A stretch of DNA of 64,000 nucleotides, taken from Candidatus Liptonbacteria bacterium (GTDB lineage Bacteria > Patescibacteriota > Minisyncoccia > UBA6257 > 2-01-FULL-56-20). Shown here piece after piece: positions 56,953 to 64,000 of the stretch (position 1 is its first letter; every line of letters begins with the position of its first letter). The stretch spans positions 1,218-65,217 of the forward strand of contig JACOXZ010000011.1 in assembly GCA_016182105.1 (NCBI GenBank), given 5' to 3'. The position numbers and the translations under genes were made by a program. Under the pieces are notes generated by a model. The model was given only the letters and a program-made list of their open reading frames with translations. It did no database searches and had not been told where the DNA came from.

Positions 56953-58497
56953 ATGAAACTACCGACTACTCACTACTCACTACTCACTCGTCGTGGCTTC
57001 AGTCCGGTTGAGGTGATTTTAGCGGGTTCTATCCTGGCTTTGATCGTGACAGCCATTGTGGGCGCCTTGGTTTACGGAAGAGAGGGGACTCAAGTTTCCG
57101 GGAGTAGGGCGAGGGCGATCTTTTTGGCCGATGAGGGGCTTGAGGCTCTTCGCAATATGCGCGATGAAAGCTTTACTAATCTAACCGACGGTCCGCATGG
57201 TCTTGTAACCTCTGGTAGTCAGTGGGTCTTTTCGGGAGTAGAGGACGTGACCGATATTTTTACGAGGCAAATTCAAATCGGGACGATTGATTCAACGACC
57301 AAACAAATCACTTCAACTGTAACCTGGCAGCAGAATCCCCAGCGCCAGGGATCTGTATCTTTGGGGACACGATTGACAAACTGGAAGATTATAGCCGGTT
57401 TTCAGGCTGATAGTCTTTCTGTGAATACTTCAGCTGCCGATGTGGATTCTACAGACAATACGCATGTCATCGGCGTCACTATCGATAACCTTGGTGTCAC
57501 CGATATCACCATCACCCACATGACAGTTTCTTGGAGCGGTGTCTCCGGCGCGACAAGGCTGAACGGCATCACGATCAACGGCACCCAGGTTTTCTCCGGT
57601 AATTCTAACTCAGGCACACTTCTTGATATTGCTGATTTTACTTTGACTGCGGGGGCGGGGAGTTATCCCATCAATTTTTTTGATTTCAATAGGAATATGA
57701 CCAATAGTACCTTGACAGTTGTCTTTACCATGGCTGATGGTTCAACCAAGGAAGTGACCTTTAGTCCGGGTGCCGTGCCGCCGGACACCACCCCGCCGGC
57801 AGCGATTACCAATCTCGCCGTCTCGAATGTGACCTCCAATTCCACCGACCTTTCTTGGACCGCTCCGGGAGACGATGATAACACCGGCACCGCTACCTCC
57901 TACGACGTTCGCTATTCTACCGCTCCGATTACTGATGCCACCTGGTCATCAGCCACCCAGGTGACCGGAGAACCCGCCCCCGCTCCCGCAGGGACAGCTC
58001 AATCCATGACCGTCACAAGCCTATCGCCGTCTACGACTTATTACTTTGCTATTCGAACCGCCGATGAAGTACCAAATATCTCAAGTCTCTCGAATATACC
58101 GAGCGTCACAACGTTAACACCTGCTCAAGCCGATAGTCTTTTGGTGGATACTTCGGCTGTCAATATTAATCCAAGTGATAATACCCAGGTGATCGGTATA
58201 ACCCTTGAGAATACTGGAACCTCGAATATCACCATTACCCAAATGACAGTTTCCTGGAGCGGTGTATCAGGCGGGACAAGATTGAACGGCATCACGATCG
58301 GCGGCACCCAGGTTTTCTCTGGTAATTCTAACTCCGGTACGCTTCTTGATATTACCGATTTCACTTTGACTGCGGGTGCTGGAATTTATCAACTCAATAA
58401 TCTCGACTTCAACCGGAGAATCACCGGAATAACTTTAAGTATTACCTTCACTATGGCTGACGGGTCCACCAAGACGGTAAGCGGCATCACCCCGTAA
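56953..58497 (+). CDS. large pilin-like protein with two tandem duplicated domains flanking an FN3-like module
   Basis: N-terminus RRGFSPVEVILAG. Two nearly identical ~125-aa repeats (57402-57780 and 58125-58497). Confidence 0.55.
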   Translation: MKLPTTHYSLLTRRGFSPVEVILAGSILALIVTAIVGALVYGREGTQVSGSRARAIFLADEGLEALRNMRDESFTNLTDGPHGLVTSGSQWVFSGVEDVTDIFTRQIQIGTIDSTTKQITSTVTWQQNPQRQGSVSLGTRLTNWKIIAGFQADSLSVNTSAADVDSTDNTHVIGVTIDNLGVTDITITHMTVSWSGVSGATRLNGITINGTQVFSGNSNSGTLLDIADFTLTAGAGSYPINFFDFNRNMTNSTLTVVFTMADGSTKEVTFSPGAVPPDTTPPAAITNLAVSNVTSNSTDLSWTAPGDDDNTGTATSYDVRYSTAPITDATWSSATQVTGEPAPAPAGTAQSMTVTSLSPSTTYYFAIRTADEVPNISSLSNIPSVTTLTPAQADSLLVDTSAVNINPSDNTQVIGITLENTGTSNITITQMTVSWSGVSGGTRLNGITIGGTQVFSGNSNSGTLLDITDFTLTAGAGIYQLNNLDFNRRITGITLSITFTMADGSTKTVSGITP

Positions 58498-58502
58498 CAT
58501 TT

Positions 58503-59018
58503 ATGCGTAGAAAGGATACTAGAAACAGGAGAGGTTTTACTCTGGTCGAGCTTATTCTTTATGTAAGCGTGTCCGCATTAGTGGCGCTTGCGGCAGCCGG
58601 GCTCATAGTTATCATTATTCAAGCTCGCGTTAAAAGCCAAACCGTTGCCGAAGTTGAGCAGGTTGGGAGCCATGTGCTGAATCTTATCACCCAAACCGCG
58701 AGAAACTCTCTTCGAATTAATTCACCCCTTCCCGGCGGCTCGAGCAGTGTTTTGTCCCTGGCTAATCAATCCAGTACCAAAAACCCTACTATTTTTGATG
58801 TTCAAAGCAGCACGATTCGAATTACAGAGGGCGCCTATCAGCCAGTGCCGCTTACCTCTTCCCGGCTTTTAGCTTCAAGTCTTTTGTTTCAAAATCTATC
58901 CCGAACCAACACCTCCGGCACCATAAGAATTCAATTTACTTTAACTCACCAAAATCCCGGCAGTCGAAACGAATATGATTACGTAAAAAATTTTTATGGT
59001 TCAGCAACAGTTAGATAG
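58503..59018 (+). CDS. pseudopilin
   Basis: RRGFTLVELILYVSVSALVA. Confidence 0.5.
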   Translation: MRRKDTRNRRGFTLVELILYVSVSALVALAAAGLIVIIIQARVKSQTVAEVEQVGSHVLNLITQTARNSLRINSPLPGGSSSVLSLANQSSTKNPTIFDVQSSTIRITEGAYQPVPLTSSRLLASSLLFQNLSRTNTSGTIRIQFTLTHQNPGSRNEYDYVKNFYGSATVR

Positions 59019-59087
59019 CTTTTAGCTGATAGCTTTTAGAAGTAAAATAACTAAAAGCTAAAAGCTGTAACCTAAAAGCTAGTAATT

Positions 59088-59456
59088 ATGTATATCGAAT
59101 CATTTAAACAATTGACAGTTTGGCAAAAATCGATCCAATTAGTGAAAGAAATTTATAGGGTGACAGACAAATTTCCTGCCTCGGAGATGTACGGCTTAGT
59201 AAGTCAGATGAGAAGAGCGGCAATATCAATTCCTTCAAATATTGCCGAGGGCAAAAAAAGGAAAACGAAGAAAGATTTTCTGCAATTTCTAAGAATAGCC
59301 GATGGTTCCGCCGCTGAGCTAGAGACCCAAATTATTATTGCAAAAGAATTATTTCCAAAATTAGACTTTTCTAAGACAGTATCATTACTAGAGGAGATCC
59401 AAAAAATGTTAATAACCATAATCAAAAAGTTTGAAGGAAATGGTCATGCTGACTAG
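59088..59456 (+). CDS. four-helix-bundle protein of the 23S-rRNA-IVS / DGR Avd-like family
   Basis: 122 aa. WQKSIQLVKEIYRVT...AISIPSNIAEG is typical of this family. Flanked by aaaagct repeats. Confidence 0.6.
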   Translation: MYIESFKQLTVWQKSIQLVKEIYRVTDKFPASEMYGLVSQMRRAAISIPSNIAEGKKRKTKKDFLQFLRIADGSAAELETQIIIAKELFPKLDFSKTVSLLEEIQKMLITIIKKFEGNGHAD

Positions 59457-59502
59457 CGGCCTAAAAGCTAAAAGCTATAAGCTAAAAGCTAAGGGTGGTT
59501 AC

Positions 59503-59874
59503 ATCACGCTTTTAATGGTTATTATTGTGGGCGCGATAGGCGTCGCAACCGGCGTCTCTCTTCTTCTTTTAGGCGTCGGTTCATCTCGAAGCAGCTTATC
59601 GTTTGAGAAGTCGAATCAAGCCAAGGCCTTGTCGAATGCCTGCGCGGAGGCAGCACTTGATCAAATAAGAAATTCATCTGCCTTCTCCGGAAGCGCTGGA
59701 TTAACTTTCGGCCGTGGCAGCTGCAGCTATCAGGTTTTAAACTTAGGCGGCCAGAGTCGTTTAATTAACGCTTCAGGCACGGTGGATGAGGTCGTAAGAA
59801 AAATCAAAATAACCCTAAATCAAATCACGCCTAAGATTAACCTTACTTCCTGGCAAGAAGTTTCTGATTTTTAA
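59503..59874 (+). CDS. pseudopilin-like protein
   Basis: GGYITLLMVIIVGAIGVATG. The upstream part of ORF 59431 is encoded by the word repeat. Confidence 0.4.
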   Translation: MTLLMVIIVGAIGVATGVSLLLLGVGSSRSSLSFEKSNQAKALSNACAEAALDQIRNSSAFSGSAGLTFGRGSCSYQVLNLGGQSRLINASGTVDEVVRKIKITLNQITPKINLTSWQEVSDF

Positions 59875-59949
59875 TCCACAGAGAAAAATCAGTGAGTTAT
59901 GATATAATTTTTATAAGCCAGACCCCCACACTAATCAGGACTTTGAGTT

Positions 59950-60087
59950 ATGTTCTATGTGTATGTGTTGCGTAGCATGAAAGACAAGAAATTATATAAT
60001 ATAGGTTATACGAATAATCTTAACCGCAGGTTGATAGAACATATTAGTGTGGGGGAAAGGTCGCGAGAATTTCAGATTCTAAAATGA
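59950..60087 (+). pseudogene. truncated GIY-YIG nuclease remnant (45 aa)
   Basis: MFYVYVLRS...KLYNIGYTNNLNRRLIEH is the N-terminal half only. Confidence 0.5.
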
Positions 60088-60557
60088 TAAGTAATTTTTC
60101 TTCGAGACGCGGTTTTACGCTTTTGGAAATCCTGCTTGTAGTGGCTGCCCTGGGAATCCTGGCTGGCATTGTCATTTTGGCGATCAATCCCGGAAAACAG
60201 CTTGGCGACACAAGAAATGCTGCGAGGAAGGTTGACGTGAACACCATTATTAACGGCGTTTATCAGTATTCTCTTGACAATAACGGCAACCTGCCGTCCG
60301 GGCTTTCGACTTCAACTTGTTCGACAGCCACCAATAATATCTGTAAGACTTCAGTTGCAACCTCGAGCTGCACAGGCTTTGTTGACCTTTCGGTTTTGAC
60401 TCAAAACGAGAAATATCTTGTTTCTATTCCTATTGATCCCTCGATTTCGAGTGCCTCAACCGGCACTGGTTATTTCGTAAGAAAGACGGTGAACGGCCGA
60501 GTGGAGGTTTGCGCGCCAAACGCTGAACAAGGAGCCACTGTGAGCGTAATCCGTTGA
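60084..60557 (+). CDS. type IV pilin
   Basis: RRGFTLLEILLVVAALGILAGIVILAINP. Confidence 0.7.
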   Translation: MISNFSSRRGFTLLEILLVVAALGILAGIVILAINPGKQLGDTRNAARKVDVNTIINGVYQYSLDNNGNLPSGLSTSTCSTATNNICKTSVATSSCTGFVDLSVLTQNEKYLVSIPIDPSISSASTGTGYFVRKTVNGRVEVCAPNAEQGATVSVIR

Positions 60558-60563
60558 GAGGAG

Positions 60564-60680
60564 TCCCGTTAGAAGCAGATCGCGATCTGGGTAAGTCTGC
60601 AGTTCAATTTTATTCACTGTAATGACTATACACTGATAGATGTTGGATTTTTAGCAACGCGATCGCGGCTTCTAACGGGA
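60564..60680. repeat. family-1 miniature TIR element, copy E4 (inverted relative to E1, E2 and E3)
   Basis: The reverse complement of the internal sequence aligns with E1 and E2. It ends at the ATG of the histidine kinase. Confidence 0.8.
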
Positions 60681-62203
60681 TGAAACTACCAACTAAAATC
60701 GCCCTTATTATTTTCTCCGGCGCGACCATCGGCGCTGTCGCGGCCGGTTTTTTGGTGTTTTCTTTCACCCGCTCGGCGCTTCAAGAAACAATCGGCATCC
60801 AGAATATCATCGTTCCTTCTCCGGACGGTTCTTCAACGATTGTTACCTCGCCCGCGAGAGACACGGCTTTGAATTTGGTTTTTCTTTTGATACCCATTTT
60901 CTTCCTAGCGACGAGTGTGGTGATTTTATTCGTTGTTGTCTTCGTGGTGAGGCCGATTACGGTTCTCACGAGAACCGCGAAGGCTATCGCCGGCGGGGAC
61001 ACCAGTTTACGGGCGAAAGTTACCTCCACCGACGAAGTGGGCGAGCTTACCAAGAGCTTTAACGCCATGGCCGAGCGACTGATTAATTTAAGCGAAGAGA
61101 CCAAGGCAATACTAGAGACCCTGCCCGAGCCGCTTTTCGTTTTGACTGAAGACGGGGTCGTTACTTCCGTGAACCGCGCTGCCTCGGAGATGGTCGGCCA
61201 CAGCGAGAAAGAGATGAGGGGACGGCTTTTAAGGGATGTCTTGGCTGGCATCGCGCTTCTCGAGGAAGCCAAAGATGTGGCCTTAAAAATTGAGGAAGGA
61301 GTAGCCGCGGCCAAGCCTATAAAATTCGAGGAAGTCTCTATAAAAAATAAAGTTTTCGAAGTTTTTATAACTCCAGTCAAGGATTATCGGGGTAGAACCT
61401 CTCACGGCGCTGTTATTTTCCATGATATAACCCACATTAAAGAAGTTGATCGTTTGAAAACCGAATTCGTCTCAGTGGCTTCGCACCAGCTCCGAACACC
61501 GCTTACTGCCATTAATTGGTATATAGAAATGCTTTTCTCCGGAGATGCCGGGAGAATCGCGGGAGCCCAAAAGGATTATCTCCAAGAGATTTATGACGCG
61601 AGTAAACGAATGGTCAGGTTAATCAACGACCTTTTAAATGTTTCGCGACTTGATAGCGGCCGCCTCAAGATCGAACCTACGCCGACCCAGCTTGAAGATT
61701 TTATCGATAATGTTTTATCAGAGCTTAGGCCAGTCGCTAAAGAAAAAAATTGCGAGTTGCTTTTCAAAAAACCAAAAACCAGGCTTCCTAAAGTGGACAT
61801 TGATCAAAGTTTGCTCCGGCAGGTGATTCAAAACCTAGTCACGAATTCGATCCGCTATTCAGAGCCGAAGTTGTGTGACACTGCTTTAACTTTGGAAAAA
61901 AGGGATGGCAAGGATTATTTGATTACAATCAAAGACAGTGGCATTGGGATTCCGAGGGAGGTTCAGGCAAGGATTTTTGAGAAGTTTTTCCGGGCTGACA
62001 ATGCCATAAGAGTAGTGGCTGAAGGAACCGGCTTAGGCCTTTATATCGCTAAAATGGTTATCGAAACTTCCGGAGGCAAGATTTGGTTCGAGTCCGAGCC
62101 GGAAAAAGGCCTGCCTGCCGGTAGGCATGGCACGACTTTTTATTTCACAATTCCTCTTACCGGAATGAAAAAGAAGGGGGGAGAGTTAGGGCTTGCGGGG
62201 TAG
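60680..62203 (+). CDS. sensor histidine kinase (TM, HAMP, PAS, HisKA, HATPase_c)
   Basis: H-box SVASHQLRTPLTAI and G-boxes. Confidence 0.8.
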   Translation: MKLPTKIALIIFSGATIGAVAAGFLVFSFTRSALQETIGIQNIIVPSPDGSSTIVTSPARDTALNLVFLLIPIFFLATSVVILFVVVFVVRPITVLTRTAKAIAGGDTSLRAKVTSTDEVGELTKSFNAMAERLINLSEETKAILETLPEPLFVLTEDGVVTSVNRAASEMVGHSEKEMRGRLLRDVLAGIALLEEAKDVALKIEEGVAAAKPIKFEEVSIKNKVFEVFITPVKDYRGRTSHGAVIFHDITHIKEVDRLKTEFVSVASHQLRTPLTAINWYIEMLFSGDAGRIAGAQKDYLQEIYDASKRMVRLINDLLNVSRLDSGRLKIEPTPTQLEDFIDNVLSELRPVAKEKNCELLFKKPKTRLPKVDIDQSLLRQVIQNLVTNSIRYSEPKLCDTALTLEKRDGKDYLITIKDSGIGIPREVQARIFEKFFRADNAIRVVAEGTGLGLYIAKMVIETSGGKIWFESEPEKGLPAGRHGTTFYFTIPLTGMKKKGGELGLAG

Positions 62204-62314
62204 CTATTTGCGAGTATCAAAAATTTTCTCCTTGATTTTTGTGCCTTAGGCATAAAATACTAAATTGCAGTGTTATTGTAATCCCGCAAAATTTACCGCG
62301 CAAATAATAAGTGC

Positions 62315-62383
62315 TGCGGGGGAAGGAGTCGGACCTTCATACCGGGATTCAAAGTCCCGTGTCCTACCGTTAGACGACCCCGC
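62315..62383 (-). tRNA. tRNA-Gln (anticodon UUG)
   Basis: The reverse complement has the same architecture as the tRNA at 1113-1181. The anticodon loop is CUUUGAA. Confidence 0.6.
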
Positions 62384-62409
62384 AAGTTAACTGTTATAAT
62401 ATCCCAAAC

Positions 62410-62907
62410 ATGAAAAAAGGCAAAAAATCTTTTCTCGTCATTTTCATTTTGGTCGTGGTGGCAGTTGGCCTTCTGGGCTTCAATAATATTTTCAGGCCAG
62501 CTGGTTCTTCGAATAGTTCCGACGAAGACCCGCTCTCGCGCTGCATCCAGCATTTGAGAGGGGGCATGCATATCCATCCGCACCTGACAATTGTGATTGA
62601 TGGCGAGCGGCAAACAATTTCAGGGAATGTCGGAATGTCAATCATGTGTATGCGTCCGGTGCACACTCACGATGTCACCGGGGAGATCCATATCGAACAT
62701 CCTTCTTTCCAAGATTTTACCCTCGGTGATTTTTTCAGCGTTTGGCAAAAACCGTTTTCGAGAGGCCAAATTTTAGACTATTCGCCTAACCTTGAGTATG
62801 AAATTGTGATGACCGTGGACGGCAAGCCCAGCGACGAATTTGAAAACCTGATTTTCAAAGACAAGCAGCAAATCGTGATAGAATACAAAAAAGTCGTAGG
62901 TAAATGA
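62410..62907 (+). CDS. hypothetical secreted protein with His-rich motifs
   Basis: Signal peptide. HLRGGMHIHPH...HTHDVTGEIHIEH. Confidence 0.35.
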   Translation: MKKGKKSFLVIFILVVVAVGLLGFNNIFRPAGSSNSSDEDPLSRCIQHLRGGMHIHPHLTIVIDGERQTISGNVGMSIMCMRPVHTHDVTGEIHIEHPSFQDFTLGDFFSVWQKPFSRGQILDYSPNLEYEIVMTVDGKPSDEFENLIFKDKQQIVIEYKKVVGK

Positions 62908-62922
62908 AAAGAGTTACTATTA

Positions 62923-62955
62923 TTATACCACAATTGCGGTATAATCGTAGTAAGG
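62923..62955. promoter_or_regulatory. palindromic motif copy 2 (attataccAcaattgcggtataatcgtagtaag)
   Basis: 32 of 33 positions match 40371-40403. Confidence 0.5.
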
Positions 62956-62972
62956 TTTAATAAAAGAAAATG

Positions 62973-63103
62973 ATCCCCCACCTTTCGGAGATTTCTCCCC
63001 GTCATCAAAACGAAGTTTGGACACAAAGCATTTGTTTTCAAGGTCGCCTTAGACTTGAGACCGTGCTTCAGAAAGAAGCGTATGATCTCTGAAAGGTGAG
63101 GGA
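62973..63103. repeat. family-2 miniature TIR element, copy F2-3
   Basis: It ends at the ATG of sodA. Confidence 0.75.
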
Positions 63104-63741
63104 TGAAATTTGAATTACCAGCGCTCCCGTATCCATACGACGCACTAGAGCCATTTATTGACGCTCGGACCATGGAGATTCACCACACCAAGCATCACGC
63201 GACATACGTGGCGAAGCTGAACGAGGCCCTGGAAAAACACCCCGCCGTCGCTCACGCTTCGGCGGGCAAGCCCGAGTTCGAAATACTGGAAGGACTTTTG
63301 AAGAATCTCGAGGCGGTTCCAGAAGATATAAGAACCGCAGTCAGGAACCACGGCGGAGGGCACTGGAACCATTCTTTTTTTTGGTTGGTAATGGCTCCAA
63401 ATGCCGGAGGCGAACCGAGCAGCGTCTTAGCTGAAGCAATAAATAATGCTTTCGGCAGTTTTGAAAAATTCAAAGAAAAATTCACTAGCGCTGGTCTTAA
63501 TAGGTTTGGCTCCGGCTGGGCCTGGCTCGTGGCGAGTAACGGCAAGTTAGAAGTTTACAGCACGCCGAATCAAGACAACCCTTTAATGGAAGGAAAAGTT
63601 CCGGTTTTGGGTATCGATGTGTGGGAACATGCGTACTATGTTAAATTTTTATGGAATAGGGCAGAGTATATTAAGACCTGGTGGAACGTCGTTAATTGGC
63701 GACGAATTGAAGAAAATTACAATAAAATTGTGAAAAAATAG
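63103..63741 (+). CDS. sodA: Fe/Mn superoxide dismutase
   Basis: [18 protein letters not shown]. Confidence 0.9.
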   Translation: MKFELPALPYPYDALEPFIDARTMEIHHTKHHATYVAKLNEALEKHPAVAHASAGKPEFEILEGLLKNLEAVPEDIRTAVRNHGGGHWNHSFFWLVMAPNAGGEPSSVLAEAINNAFGSFEKFKEKFTSAGLNRFGSGWAWLVASNGKLEVYSTPNQDNPLMEGKVPVLGIDVWEHAYYVKFLWNRAEYIKTWWNVVNWRRIEENYNKIVKK

Positions 63742-63831
63742 TTTCATAGACGCCTCCGATGTGCCTCGGGTCGCCCCGGAATTCACAGCCGGGACGTTTT
63801 TTTGCGTTTAGCGTGTGTTAAAATTATAGTA

Positions 63832-64000
63832 ATGCCGTTCTTTCGGAGGAGAAAACTAAAACGGAGGATTTTAGACGTCCATTTTAGGCCTTTGCATCAG
63901 CCGAAGAAGATATTTTATAGCCTGCGGCAGGTGGTCTCTGGGTTCTTGGGGAGTGAGGAAATTCTTGATCTTCGCCAGAATGCTTGGAGGCAGCCGGAGT
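63832..64000 (+). CDS. hypothetical protein, 3'-truncated at the window edge
   Basis: ATG 63832, open to the end. Basic N-terminus. Confidence 0.25.
   Translation, partial: MPFFRRRKLKRRILDVHFRPLHQPKKIFYSLRQVVSGFLGSEEILDLRQNAWRQPE

Noticed and set aside
56953-59456. Diversity-generating retroelement (Avd-like gene plus internal repeats in the pilin gene)
   Set aside because: No reverse transcriptase is in the window. The mismatches between the two repeat copies are not restricted to adenines. The repeats are coding domains in the same gene.
5925-60680. CRISPR array (family-1 repeats recurring with the same 22-nt sequence)
   Set aside because: The repeats are inverted pairs that flank single ~60-nt segments, and they are scattered tens of kb apart. 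They are not regularly spaced direct repeats with unique spacers. No cas genes are present.

Overview
This 64-kb window looks like a compact chromosome segment from a small-genome bacterium (about 45-47% GC, tightly packed short genes, most consistent with a CPR/Patescibacteria-like organism; this is inference).

Identified genes:
- Two paralogous type IV pilus loci, each pilB-pilC followed by several prepilin-type pilin or pseudopilin genes: 1216-7955 and 53384-60557.
- A cell-envelope block: scpA, scpB, a D-Ala-D-Ala carboxypeptidase, mraY, proS, mreB, mreC, mreD and PBP2.
- A translation and housekeeping set: rplU, rpsP, rpsB, tsf, efp, frr, ndk, pyrG, pgk, murA, glyQS, a class IIb aspartyl/asparaginyl-tRNA synthetase, a release factor 1-like protein, dnaX, holB, rnhA, mnmA, rseP and sodA.
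- RNA genes: an RNase P RNA, two tRNA-Gln genes and one tRNA-Tyr.
- Three single-domain response regulators and one sensor histidine kinase.

The most unusual content is non-coding and repetitive:
1. Two related, strongly GC-rich (about 62%) cassettes that look foreign (9129-10462 and 42154-42832). They share a near-identical ribosome-binding region, a hairpin terminator, a conserved AT-rich linker of about 45 nt and a long GC-rich hairpin element. One of them sits directly at the 3' end of tRNA-Tyr.
2. A third, longer copy of the GC-rich hairpin element (11882-12150). It is bounded by perfect 15-bp inverted repeats and ends exactly at the scpA start codon.
3. Two families of 100-130 bp miniature elements with terminal inverted repeats. 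Family 1 has four copies and family 2 has three. Every copy ends exactly at an annotated start codon. Two inversely oriented family-1 copies bracket the whole second pilus locus.
4. Several smaller recurrent motifs: a hairpin with a conserved loop and a covarying stem, an operator-like palindrome, a conserved motif of about 80 nt, and G-poor word-repeat leaders.
5. A +1 frameshift in a TraD/VirD4-like ATPase, an in-frame TGA in recO, and a four-helix-bundle (rRNA-IVS/Avd-like) gene embedded in a stem-loop inside a pilin operon.

No CRISPR array, cas genes or reverse transcriptase were seen.
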